DNA of 32,000 nt from Ignicoccus hospitalis KIN4/I (GCF_000017945.1 NC_009776.1:210001-242000); one strand, 5' to 3'. Positions 17,923-26,238 are shown, counted from the stretch's first letter. Notes: generated by a model from the letters alone, not told the origin. Numbers and translations are program-made.

Positions 17923-19367
17923 AACTTCGAGAGGAGGAGTTCCGACAGCACGTCCACCGGCAGCGCCCCGTAGCCCAACACGGTCGCGTGGAACTCGTAC
18001 AAGCTGAACGAGCTGCCCGCGTACTCCCGGTAGAGCTCCCTCAGCTCCTTCAACCTCATCTTCCCGTAGGAGTAGGACAGCTGGTACCCGGGCGTCAAGG
18101 TGTACCTCAAGGCCTCCGAGTAGGCCGAGGACTCGTCCAACATGGCCACGTTTTTCAACTCCTCCACCGCTTCCTCAAAGCTCATCTTGCCCGTGCTCAA
18201 GCCCACGTCCACGTAAACTCTGACCCACCTCCACAGCTCGTCCTTCTTCACTTGCCAAGCGTAGCGCGGGTGGGCCTCGAAGCCTTGTTCGAACATGAGC
18301 TCCTCCGCGTAGTGGGCCCAGCCCTCTACGTAGTCGGTCGCGGACGCCAAGTATCTATACTTCGAGGGCAAGTGGAAGCTCAACTGAGCGTGGTGGCCGG
18401 GGTAGGTCTCGTGGACCGCGGTGTTCAGCACGTCGAAGTAGTCCTTCTTCGCGGAGCCGGGGGTGACCAACAGGTAGCCCACGTTGTAGGGTGAGAAGGG
18501 CTGGGGAGGGTCGTAGGCGGCGTAGGGGATGGTCGGCCTGAGGGGCGCGGGGGTGTCTATGACCTCTAAGTCCTCGTCTGGGGCCAGCGGCACGAGCTTC
18601 CTCTCCTTGACGAAGGCTCTGGCTTTGCTCACGGCCTCCGAGTAGGCCCCCTTGAGGTCGCTAACCTCCTTGCCCTCTGGAGGCTCTCCGAGCTCTTCAA
18701 CTATTTCCTTCGCTTTTTTCCTACCTAAGGCTTCCAGCTCTTCGGCGCTGGCCTTTATCCCTCTGACCCGTAAGAGCGTCGAGAACAAGCTCTCGCCCAT
18801 TGGCTGGTAGCCCTCGTCCGCCTCGAGCCCGTCCAACCACTTGTCGTATTCTTCCACGGACCTCTTGACTTCCTCGGGGGCGCCCAGCTCCAGTAACAAC
18901 AATTTGAGGCCTTGAATCTCAGCCCTAGCCAAGTTAACCCATAAGGACTTAGGCCTCTCCAACAGCTCTTTGCTCTCTTCGAACAGCTTGGGCAAGGCCT
19001 TTAGCCTGCTCGCCAGAGCAGCCCTCTTGTGGTCCTCCGAAGCGGGGGAGAGCAATACCGTTAACAAGAGCTCGGAGGCCAGCGAGGGGGCCACGGGGTA
19101 GTGCTTCCAAGGCCTCCACTCCCCCTCGAGCAGCACCTCTACCTCCAGCTGTCTGACCACCTCCCCCTTGTCCACCTCGAGCTCCTCGTCGTCCGGGGTC
19201 CACTCCTTGAGCTTCGCCGCGCCCTCCAAGCACCAGTCCACCAGCTCTTCTACGGCCCTCTTGCTGAGGGACGGAACCTTGAAGTCGTACTCCCTAAGTC
19301 CCATCGCCGAGGCGTAGTGAGGGTTGAGCTCGAACCACTTTTTGACAATCTCGTTGATCGGTTTCAA
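17919..19367 (-). CDS. DUF885-family protein (putative metallopeptidase-like, HExxPGHH motif)
   Basis: 482 aa. As far as I recall, TAVHETYPGHHAQLSF followed by EGWAHYAEELM is the DUF885 signature. Confidence 0.75.
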   Translation of the reverse strand: MKPINEIVKKWFELNPHYASAMGLREYDFKVPSLSKRAVEELVDWCLEGAAKLKEWTPDDEELEVDKGEVVRQLEVEVLLEGEWRPWKHYPVAPSLASELLLTVLLSPASEDHKRAALASRLKALPKLFEESKELLERPKSLWVNLARAEIQGLKLLLLELGAPEEVKRSVEEYDKWLDGLEADEGYQPMGESLFSTLLRVRGIKASAEELEALGRKKAKEIVEELGEPPEGKEVSDLKGAYSEAVSKARAFVKERKLVPLAPDEDLEVIDTPAPLRPTIPYAAYDPPQPFSPYNVGYLLVTPGSAKKDYFDVLNTAVHETYPGHHAQLSFHLPSKYRYLASATDYVEGWAHYAEELMFEQGFEAHPRYAWQVKKDELWRWVRVYVDVGLSTGKMSFEEAVEELKNVAMLDESSAYSEALRYTLTPGYQLSYSYGKMRLKELRELYREYAGSSFSLYEFHATVLGYGALPVDVLSELLLSKF

Positions 19368-19404
19368 GAGCTTATACCGGGAGCCCTTTAGGGGTCGGGC
19401 GTAT

Positions 19405-20394
19405 TTAAAGCCACGGAACTTCTACCTCGTCCAGCCTCCACCTCTGCCTCACGAACGCCTCCTCGGGAGCGACGGTGAAGCCGTGCTTGTAGTAGAGCAA
19501 GCCGGTCCAAGCGATCATGGCGCCGTTGTCCCTCGCTAGCTCGTAAGGTATGGGCTTGAAGGAGACGCCCCTCTCCTCGCTCATGAGCGCCACCTTCCGC
19601 TGGAGCCTCTTCGAGCCCGCCACGCCCCCCACTAGGACCACCTCCTTTAGCTTGGAGTGGGCCAACGCCCTCTCGCCCACTTCCACCACCATGTCGTAAG
19701 CGGTTTCCCAGAGGCCGTAGCATACCTTCTTCTTGTCCTCCTTCTTCCACGCCCTCAGGGCTGCCGTTAAGAGGCCCGAGAAGGAGAGGTCCACCCCTTG
19801 GACTGTGTAGGGGAGGTCCGCCGGCTCTTCCGCCCCTTCGGAGCAGAGCTCCACCACGTGTACCCCTCCCTTGACGAAGGGGGGCCCTATCCCCACCTCC
19901 CTGGCGAAGGTGTCTAACAAGTTGCCCAAACCTATGTCTAAGGTCTCCCCGTACACCCTGTACCTCTTTATCGCTGGGGCAGAAATTATCGTGCTTCCCC
20001 CGGATACGTAAATCGCTACGGGTTTAGAGAAGCCGGTCACGGCCCTAGCTATCTCTATGTGAGCCAACGAGTGGTTGACCGGCACTAGGGGCTTTTCGTA
20101 GAAGGCGGCGAGGGCCCGCGCCATGACGGCTCCCGTCCTCAAACAAGGCCCCAGCCCGGGGCCCGCGCTGTAGGCCACCGCGTCCAAGTCCTCCGGCCTT
20201 AGCCCCGCCACCTCCAAGGCCCTCTTTACGAGCCTCGGCCCCCACTCCGCGTGGTGCCTCGCGGCCTCCCTCGGGTGGATCCCGCCTTCCTTCGGCACGT
20301 AGGTGTGCATCTCGTTCGCCAGCACCTCTGCCCTCTCGTTAACTATTCCCACCCCTATGGTGTGGGCGGTGCTCTCTATGCCGAGGACGTACAA
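19405..20394 (-). CDS. kae1: Kae1, tRNA N6-adenosine threonylcarbamoyltransferase (KEOPS catalytic subunit)
   Basis: 329 aa. MYVLGIESTAHTIGVGIV..., VNHSLAHIE (the metal-binding HxxxH region), GPGLGPCLRTG and VLVGGVAGSKRL are all present. It is not fused to Bud32. Confidence 0.93.
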   Translation of the reverse strand: MYVLGIESTAHTIGVGIVNERAEVLANEMHTYVPKEGGIHPREAARHHAEWGPRLVKRALEVAGLRPEDLDAVAYSAGPGLGPCLRTGAVMARALAAFYEKPLVPVNHSLAHIEIARAVTGFSKPVAIYVSGGSTIISAPAIKRYRVYGETLDIGLGNLLDTFAREVGIGPPFVKGGVHVVELCSEGAEEPADLPYTVQGVDLSFSGLLTAALRAWKKEDKKKVCYGLWETAYDMVVEVGERALAHSKLKEVVLVGGVAGSKRLQRKVALMSEERGVSFKPIPYELARDNGAMIAWTGLLYYKHGFTVAPEEAFVRQRWRLDEVEVPWL

Positions 20395-20407
20395 GGCGTC
20401 CTCCGGG

Positions 20408-20923
20408 TCACTTGGCCCGGACCTCGAATAAGCACTCCTCGTCCCCTAGGAGCTTGCTCTTCAACATCTTGATGACGAGGTCAGCAGAGGAAGTTCCGAA
20501 GCGGACCCTCGGCGTTATTATGCAAACCCTCTTCCCCGTCACGGATTCGACCATCCCGGCGACTAGAGACATCATCGTGATGCAGGCCCTACCGCTCTTG
20601 TCCTCGTCGAACTTCAGAAGGGGGCACTCGCGCACCCGGACGAGCAGCTTGTCCCCCTCCCGCTCGCACGAGGCCGCGACCCCGAAGGCCTTACACGGCA
20701 AGGAGAGCGCGGTCGTTACGTCGTTTACATTCAACAAGCCTTGAGACCTAAAGCGCTCCACCATACTTTTGGAGGCCTCCTTCATGATTTTGTACACCAG
20801 CTGCCTCGCCGCGACCTCCCCGAACAAGTTCTTGGCCTCTTCATAGAGGAGGTTGAACGCGACGTTCTCTAAGAATTCGATCTTGAGTTCGGATAGGAGA
20901 GAATCGTCTACCAAAGCGCGCAT
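20408..20923 (-). CDS. V4R-domain-like small-molecule-binding protein (putative)
   Basis: 171 aa. The C-terminal half, LLVRVRECPLL...GRACITMMSLVAGMVESVTGKRVCII...GDEECLFEVRA, fits the V4R cysteine pattern (ECP...C...G...G...C.FEV). It lies 14 nt upstream of kae1 on the same strand. Confidence 0.45.
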   Translation of the reverse strand: MRALVDDSLLSELKIEFLENVAFNLLYEEAKNLFGEVAARQLVYKIMKEASKSMVERFRSQGLLNVNDVTTALSLPCKAFGVAASCEREGDKLLVRVRECPLLKFDEDKSGRACITMMSLVAGMVESVTGKRVCIITPRVRFGTSSADLVIKMLKSKLLGDEECLFEVRAK

Positions 20924-20949
20924 CCGTTTTTACCTACTCGTCGGTAAGT

Positions 20950-20960
20950 CTTTAAAAAAG
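20950..20960 (-). promoter_or_regulatory. CTTTTTTAAAG (minus strand): T6 terminator tract for the ATPase gene and TATA-like box for the V4R-like gene
   Basis: Starts immediately after the ATPase stop codon (20961..20963). It is centred about 32 nt upstream of the ATG at 20923. Confidence 0.35.
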
Positions 20961-22355
20961 TTACTTTGAGCTCACCTCGATTCCGGCCTCCTCCAACAGC
21001 TTCTTAACTTCTTCGTCCCCCTCGAGGGCCCTGAAGGTCAAGGCGGCCAGCGCGACCCTCGCTGCTAGGTCCTTCGAGCTCGCCAGCTCCTTAAGCTTCT
21101 CCGGGGCGCTGAGGGCCTCAGCGTAATTGCCTACGAACTCCACGAAGAGCTCCGCCACGCTCTCGTCCCCCAAGTAGCTGAAGGCCAGGGGGGCCACCTC
21201 GGCCTTGCTTACGGCCAAGGCTTTAGCTAGGGCCTTCCAGGCCTTGGGGGTGGGGTACGGAGTAAAGCGGTTCTCGAACTCCTTCACCACCTCCGGGGGA
21301 GGCAAGAAGGTGTCGTAGCTCTTGACACGCTTGCTCACCTCCTCAACCACCCCCCTCAACTCCTCGTACTTCACGCCCTCGCCGTGGTTGGGCGAGGTGA
21401 CTTGGAGGAAGTAGTAGACCTCTTCCGCCCACTCCTCCCCCTCGTCGTCCAGCTGTTCCTTCCACTCCCTCACCGTGGGGGCCCTCACTCTTACGTATTC
21501 CAAGTTGCCGCTCGAGACGTATGAAGGGATTAAGGTGACCTCCGCGTAGGAGGGGTCGGGGCCGCTCAGCACGCTCAGCTTGCCGAATTCACACATACCT
21601 ATCCTCTTAGTTATCAAGACGTCCAACAGCTTAGACAAGGCGTTCCACGGGAGGACCGTAGCGTTCTCTATATGGAGCAAGCCGGCCAGGGAGACCGAAA
21701 GGGCTGAGGCCCACTTGGGCGGAACCTTAGTGAAGAAGTTTTCCTTAATTACGTTCATTCCCTCTAGATCTTCCTCGCTCAGCTCGGAGGCGTGGAGCTC
21801 TACGTATACGAACTTGTTGTCGTACTCGTCTACGTTCAGCTGGTCTTTATAGTACATCACGCCCTCCTCCCACGCCTTTAGTCCGTCCTTGGTAGGGACG
21901 AAAGCTCTGGTCAGTACCACCTTTTCGTAAAATTCATTGACCTTCTTGCTGTTTATGGTAGATATTATCCTGTGTAAGTTAGAACACGAAGGGTCGTTGT
22001 CGCACTTGTCGGCCAAGGAGAAGGAAGTGGCTATGAACATGGTCTCCTCGTCCACCTCCTCGAGGGCCTCGGCGATCAGCTGTTTGTTCCCCGTAGCTAT
22101 CACGTTACTCAACGAGGCGTGCCTCTCCTTGAGCTCCTTAGAGCCCTCCTCGAAGAGGCCTAGGAAGTCCTTCTCTACGATGTCTTTAGCCACCGCCCTT
22201 ACGAACGTCACGAATGACCTCTTCACTACTTCGGACTTACCTATCCTAGGGGGCCCGTAGAGGACTGGAATGGGGACCTCCACTCCGGCCGCGTACTTGA
22301 GGAAGTACGAGAACGACAAGTAGCTCTCGGCCTCCTTAGGCCCCAGCGCGAACAC
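20961..22355 (-). CDS. Divergent P-loop AAA+ ATPase (MoxR/AAA_5-like) with a large insertion and an atypical Walker B region
   Basis: 464 aa. Walker A is LYGPPRIGKSE near the N-terminus. About 200 aa later comes a MoxR-like block, ELHASELSEEDLEG...AGLLHIENATVLPWNALSKLLDVLITKRIG, where HIEN occupies the place of the usual DE(I/V)N. A helical C-terminal lid-like domain follows (TPKAWKALAKALAVSKA). The middle of the gene is low in GC. Confidence 0.55.
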   Translation of the reverse strand: MFALGPKEAESYLSFSYFLKYAAGVEVPIPVLYGPPRIGKSEVVKRSFVTFVRAVAKDIVEKDFLGLFEEGSKELKERHASLSNVIATGNKQLIAEALEEVDEETMFIATSFSLADKCDNDPSCSNLHRIISTINSKKVNEFYEKVVLTRAFVPTKDGLKAWEEGVMYYKDQLNVDEYDNKFVYVELHASELSEEDLEGMNVIKENFFTKVPPKWASALSVSLAGLLHIENATVLPWNALSKLLDVLITKRIGMCEFGKLSVLSGPDPSYAEVTLIPSYVSSGNLEYVRVRAPTVREWKEQLDDEGEEWAEEVYYFLQVTSPNHGEGVKYEELRGVVEEVSKRVKSYDTFLPPPEVVKEFENRFTPYPTPKAWKALAKALAVSKAEVAPLAFSYLGDESVAELFVEFVGNYAEALSAPEKLKELASSKDLAARVALAALTFRALEGDEEVKKLLEEAGIEVSSK

Positions 22356-22429
22356 TTCGACCCTCTCCCGCGTTCTGCCCGACGGAGACGTTAAGGGTTG
22401 GGGCGGACCCCTACGCGCCGGGAAAGGCC

Positions 22430-23077
22430 TTGGTCTGGGAGAGGAGGGAGAGGCCGCTCTTACAAGTAGCCTTGGACTTCACGACCATACCGAGTGCGAT
22501 CTCCGTCGCGGTCAAGGCGCTGAAGGCCGACATATTGGAGGTCGGGACCCCGTTGATAAAGTCTGAGGGTTCTAAGGCCGTTTCCGCGATAGCCGCGCTC
22601 GGCAAGCCTACGCTGGCCGACACCAAGACTTGCGACACCGGGGCCTTGGAGGCCTCCATAGCCTTCGACGCGGGGGCCGACGCGATGACCGTCATGGCGT
22701 TCTCCGACGACTCCGTCATAAAGGAGGCCGTGGAGGAGGCGGAGAGGAGGGGGAAGGTGGTGGTGGCCGACATGATGCACTTGAAAGACCCGGTGGAGAG
22801 GGCTAAGAGGCTGAAGGAGCTCGGAGTTAGGGCGGTTGAGCTACACGTAGGGATATCCCAACAGAGGGCCTACGGCGTCACTGCGGCCGACTTGGCGGCG
22901 CTGGCGGAGAGGGTTAGGTCGCTCGGGCTAGTGGTTGCGGTGGCCGGGGGCATAACCCCGGAGACCGCGAGGGCCTTCGTAGGGAAGGCGGACGTGGTGG
23001 TGGTTGGGGGTTATATAACGAAGTCCCCGAATCCAGAAAAGGCCGTTGAGGAGCTCCTTAAGGCTTTGGGGAGGTAG
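22430..23077 (+). CDS. hps: 3-hexulose-6-phosphate synthase (OMP-decarboxylase superfamily, HPS/KGPDC subgroup)
   Basis: 215 aa. The series LQVALD, EVGTPLIK, ADTKTCDTG, ELHVGISQQ, VAVAGGI and VVVVGGYITKSPNP is typical of HPS. TTG start. Confidence 0.78.
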   Translation: MVWERRERPLLQVALDFTTIPSAISVAVKALKADILEVGTPLIKSEGSKAVSAIAALGKPTLADTKTCDTGALEASIAFDAGADAMTVMAFSDDSVIKEAVEEAERRGKVVVADMMHLKDPVERAKRLKELGVRAVELHVGISQQRAYGVTAADLAALAERVRSLGLVVAVAGGITPETARAFVGKADVVVVGGYITKSPNPEKAVEELLKALGR

Positions 23078-23081
23078 GCCC

Positions 23082-23258
23082 TTACTTTTCGAAGATCGTG
23101 TAGCCGCACTTGCCGCAGTGCCACCTGGGCACGGGCTTCAAGTGGTGTGCCATGAAGCTGCCGCAGCGCGGACACCTCTTGTTCTTGGGCTTTATGATCC
23201 CTTTCTCGTAGTCCCACTCGTACAACAAGTGGGGCTTCACTTGGGCGTGTTTGGGCAC
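23082..23258 (-). CDS. rps27ae: 30S ribosomal protein S27ae (eS31), zinc-ribbon; absent from the supplied ORF track (58 aa)
   Basis: My hand translation gives (GTG)PKHAQVKPHLLYEWDYEKGIIKPKNKRCPRCGSFMAHHLKPVPRWHCGKCGYTIFEK*. The CPRCG...FMA.H...CGKCGYT pattern is the eS31 signature. GAGGTGAT, complementary to the 16S 3' end, precedes the GTG. The gene follows rps24e, as in the conserved archaeal pair. Confidence 0.85.
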   Translation of the reverse strand: MPKHAQVKPHLLYEWDYEKGIIKPKNKRCPRCGSFMAHHLKPVPRWHCGKCGYTIFEK

Positions 23259-23269
23259 CTCCCATCACC

Positions 23270-23587
23270 TCACTGGGCCTGTGCTTCTTGAGCCTGGGAG
23301 CACTGCTCGTGGAGCTTCTTAACCTTTTCCGGTTCTAACTTCTGCAACCTCTCGTAGTTCTTGTATACGTGTGCCCTGGCCCTGGTCCGCCCGATGCCGT
23401 ACTCGCTCAACAGCTTGGTCACCACCACCAACTTCTTGTCTACCCCGAGCATTTGGGCAACCTTCTCCTCTACCTCACACCTCGAGGGAGTGGGCTTCGC
23501 CACGTGCACCAGCACTAGGTCCAGCTCCTCCCTCTCCGCTAAGGGGTTCCACCTCTTGTTAACCACTTGGACCTCGAACTCGCTCAA
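23270..23587 (-). CDS. rps24e: 30S ribosomal protein S24e (eS24)
   Basis: 105 aa. NPLAEREELDLVLVHVAKPTPSRCEVEEKVAQML...YGIGRTRARAHVYKNYERLQKLEP matches the eS24 pattern. Confidence 0.9.
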   Translation of the reverse strand: MSEFEVQVVNKRWNPLAEREELDLVLVHVAKPTPSRCEVEEKVAQMLGVDKKLVVVTKLLSEYGIGRTRARAHVYKNYERLQKLEPEKVKKLHEQCSQAQEAQAQ

Positions 23588-23600
23588 CCCCCCTCACCCC

Positions 23601-23825
23601 TCACAAGTACTCCTCTCTGAGCTCGACCTTCTGCCTCCTCTCTTCAACCTTCTTCAGGTGGGTTATGTAGCCGGCTATCTGGTTCCTCAGCTTCTTGGAG
23701 TTAACCTCTATTAATTGGCTTACTACCTTCTTATTGTGCTCGAAGTCCCTAGTGAACAAGTCCGGGTACATCTGGAGGAGCTTCCTCGCGGTCCTCTTAA
23801 CCACGTTGATCCTTACCTTCCCCAA
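23601..23825 (-). CDS. rps17e: 30S ribosomal protein S17e (eS17)
   Basis: 74 aa. MGKVRINVVKRTARKLLQMYPDLFTRDFEHNKKVV...SKKLRNQIAGYITHL is a classic eS17 sequence. TTG start, 2 nt after the stop of the upstream amidohydrolase gene. Confidence 0.9.
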   Translation of the reverse strand: MGKVRINVVKRTARKLLQMYPDLFTRDFEHNKKVVSQLIEVNSKKLRNQIAGYITHLKKVEERRQKVELREEYL

Positions 23826-23826
23826 T

Positions 23827-24930
23827 CTATCGCCACCCCGCGCTGGACCAAGGCCGATTTAATTTTGCTTTCCCGACGACGCCCACCAACGCCTCCGGCC
23901 CGCCCCTCTTAACTATTGTAGCGTACTTATTCTTCGACCTGTCCAAGGCTAGGAGCTTGGAGTCCATCAAGAGGGCCGGCCACCGGGACCCCTCGACCAG
24001 CGCGGTCTTCCACGGAAGGCCCAGCGGCTTCTCTGCGTTGGTCGTTACGGCTTTCAGCAACTCCCTCGCAGCCTCGTCGTCGAACGCGCCCTCGGACCTC
24101 AGCTCGAACGCGCTGGCCTCCAAGTCCCTCCAGAGGTCCGGCTTGTTAAAGGTGCAGTTGTCGCTCCCCAACAACAGCTTCACCCCCACCTCTATCGCCT
24201 CCTTAACCTTCGGCTTGAGGCCGAACCAGCGGTTGGAGCGCGGACACACCACCAAGGCTACGCCGTTCCTCTTCAGCTCCTCCAAGTCTTCGTACTCTAA
24301 GAAGCAGCCGTGGACCACGAAGTCCGCGCCCAAGTCCAAGGCCTTTTGGACCGGCTCCTTCCTCACCTCCGCCAAGTGGAGCCCCACGGGCTTTCCGGCG
24401 GCCTTAAAGGCTTCGGCGGCCCTCCTTGCGAGGTCCGGGGTAGGGAAGTCGGGCTCGGGCAGCCCGAGGCCGTGGGCGAGCCTCAAGACCTCCTCCAAGT
24501 CCTCCTCCTTCTCCACCCTCCCGAAGGGCAAGTAACCCTCCTCCCTCGCTTCCAGCGCCTCCTTCAGCCCCTTCGCCCCTCCCTCGCGGAAGTCCGCGGC
24601 CGCAAAGGAGCCGGTGGAGCGCAGAGCTTCCATCCCCATCTTTATTGCCTCTTTAATGTCAGCCTCCTCTAAGGCCTTTCTCTTAAGGCCTTTGGACGGG
24701 TCCACTATTTCGCTCAAGCTCTCCCTAAGCCAGGCATCCGGGAAGTAGCAGTCCGCCAAGTGAGTGTGGGCGTTGACTAAGGCAGGCATAACCAACAAGT
24801 CAGAAACCTTCTTGGTCGTCGGGTACCAGTCGACGAGCCTCCCTCCCTCCCAGACGAGCTCCACTTCCTCCACGAGCTCCAGCTCCTCGCCCACTAGGGC
24901 GTACTTCGACCTAATCGCTAACAACCTCAA
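23827..24930 (-). CDS. Amidohydrolase-superfamily protein (chlorohydrolase/deaminase-like)
   Basis: 367 aa. PALVNAHTHL is the metal-binding HxH motif. GLHLAE, VVHG and LGSDN then appear in the expected order for the metal-dependent hydrolase TIM barrel. Confidence 0.78.
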   Translation of the reverse strand: MRLLAIRSKYALVGEELELVEEVELVWEGGRLVDWYPTTKKVSDLLVMPALVNAHTHLADCYFPDAWLRESLSEIVDPSKGLKRKALEEADIKEAIKMGMEALRSTGSFAAADFREGGAKGLKEALEAREEGYLPFGRVEKEEDLEEVLRLAHGLGLPEPDFPTPDLARRAAEAFKAAGKPVGLHLAEVRKEPVQKALDLGADFVVHGCFLEYEDLEELKRNGVALVVCPRSNRWFGLKPKVKEAIEVGVKLLLGSDNCTFNKPDLWRDLEASAFELRSEGAFDDEAARELLKAVTTNAEKPLGLPWKTALVEGSRWPALLMDSKLLALDRSKNKYATIVKRGGPEALVGVVGKAKLNRPWSSAGWR

Positions 24931-25011
24931 TACCTCCCTCGGTTTTCTGTAGGGGGCCGGTGAGGAGCTGTCATGGGCGCCGAGGGGTGAGGACTCGGTT
25001 CTCGGCCGAGG

Positions 25012-26238
25012 CTACTTGCTCCAAAACCTCTCCTTGGACATCTCTAAGGCTTTGAGCGCCGGCAGCTCCTTGCCGGCTAGGAAGCTCAGTAGCGCGCCCC
25101 CGCCGGTGCTTATGTGGCCTACCTTGTCCTCCATACCTAGCTCCTTGATCACGGCAGTTAAGTGGCCCCCGCCGAAGATGGTGAAGGCGCCGCTCTCAAG
25201 CGCCAGCCTGACCAGCTCCCGGGTGCCCTCGCGGAAGCGCGGGTCCTCCATGACGCCGGCGGGACCCCTCATGACTATTACCCTCGCGTCTTTCATCAGT
25301 TCCCCGTAGGTCTTGACGGTCGCCGGCCCCACGTCCCTTATGAGCCCCGTCACCGAGAAGGCCGGCTCTACCCTCACGTTCCCCTCCTCGTCCACGGTCT
25401 TGAAGTCCAACGGAGTCTCTATAGGTGCCCCGGCCAGCAAGAGTTTCTTGGCCTTGGGTATGAGCCCCAAGAGTCCCTTCTTCTCCAGCACTTCCATGTT
25501 CTTCTCTCCCAAGTCTACCCCTTTAGCGACCAAGAATACCTCCGCCACAAGCCCGGTAGTCAGTATCCTGTCGGCAACCTTGTTCTTCACTAAGTTCTCT
25601 ATTATAACTATGGTGTCCGGCACCTTCCCCCCTCCCAGCACGAATATCTTGGGGGAGACTTGGGGGTTGAACACCTTACTTAACGCCTTTACCTCCTTTT
25701 CCATCACCCTTCCCATCGCTGAGGGGAGGACCAAGGGGAAGCCCACCACGCTGGGCTGGGACCGGTGGGCGGTGGCGAAGGCGTCGTTTACGTAAACGTC
25801 GAACAGCTTCGCCAGCCTCCTAACGAGGTACGTCTTCGCTTGTACCTCCGGGGGAGCGTTTATGTTCTCTTCCGCTAAGAACCTGACGTTGTCGAGCAAG
25901 AGGACTTCCCCGGGCTTCAGCTCCTTTATCCTCCTCCGGGCCTCGGGGCCCATCACGTCGTCCACGAAGTTTATGGTCTGGCCGAGGACCTCCGAGAGCT
26001 TCTTGGCGTGCGGCTCCAAGGTGATGAAGTCGTCCTCCCCCGGGCGCCCTTGGTGGGAGATCACCACGACCGCTGCCCCCTTTTCCAAGAGCTCCTTTAT
26101 CGTGGGCACGTGGGCCCTTATCCTCGAGTCGTCCAAGAGCTCCTCGTCCTTTACGGGGCTGTTGAAGTCTACCCTCAACAATACTTTTTTGTTTGAAACG
26201 TCTATATCATCCAAGGTGGGGAGCTCCTCCAACTTCAA
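25012..26238 (-). CDS. pgk: Phosphoglycerate kinase
   Basis: 408 aa. VLLRVDFNSP, ISHQGRPG, LLDNVRF, AFATAHR and STGGGA are present, in an archaeal PGK layout. TTG start. Confidence 0.95.
   Translation of the reverse strand: MKLEELPTLDDIDVSNKKVLLRVDFNSPVKDEELLDDSRIRAHVPTIKELLEKGAAVVVISHQGRPGEDDFITLEPHAKKLSEVLGQTINFVDDVMGPEARRRIKELKPGEVLLLDNVRFLAEENINAPPEVQAKTYLVRRLAKLFDVYVNDAFATAHRSQPSVVGFPLVLPSAMGRVMEKEVKALSKVFNPQVSPKIFVLGGGKVPDTIVIIENLVKNKVADRILTTGLVAEVFLVAKGVDLGEKNMEVLEKKGLLGLIPKAKKLLLAGAPIETPLDFKTVDEEGNVRVEPAFSVTGLIRDVGPATVKTYGELMKDARVIVMRGPAGVMEDPRFREGTRELVRLALESGAFTIFGGGHLTAVIKELGMEDKVGHISTGGGALLSFLAGKELPALKALEMSKERFWSK

Noticed and set aside
23011-23268. 85-aa minus-strand ORF listed in the track
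   Set aside because: It is the wrong reading frame of the rps27ae locus. The neighbouring frame gives a textbook eS31 zinc-ribbon with an SD sequence.
24931-25011. CTCGGCCGAG palindrome just downstream of the pgk stop as a terminator hairpin
   Set aside because: Archaeal termination relies on oligo-T tracts and none is present. A 10-bp GC palindrome is unremarkable at this GC content.
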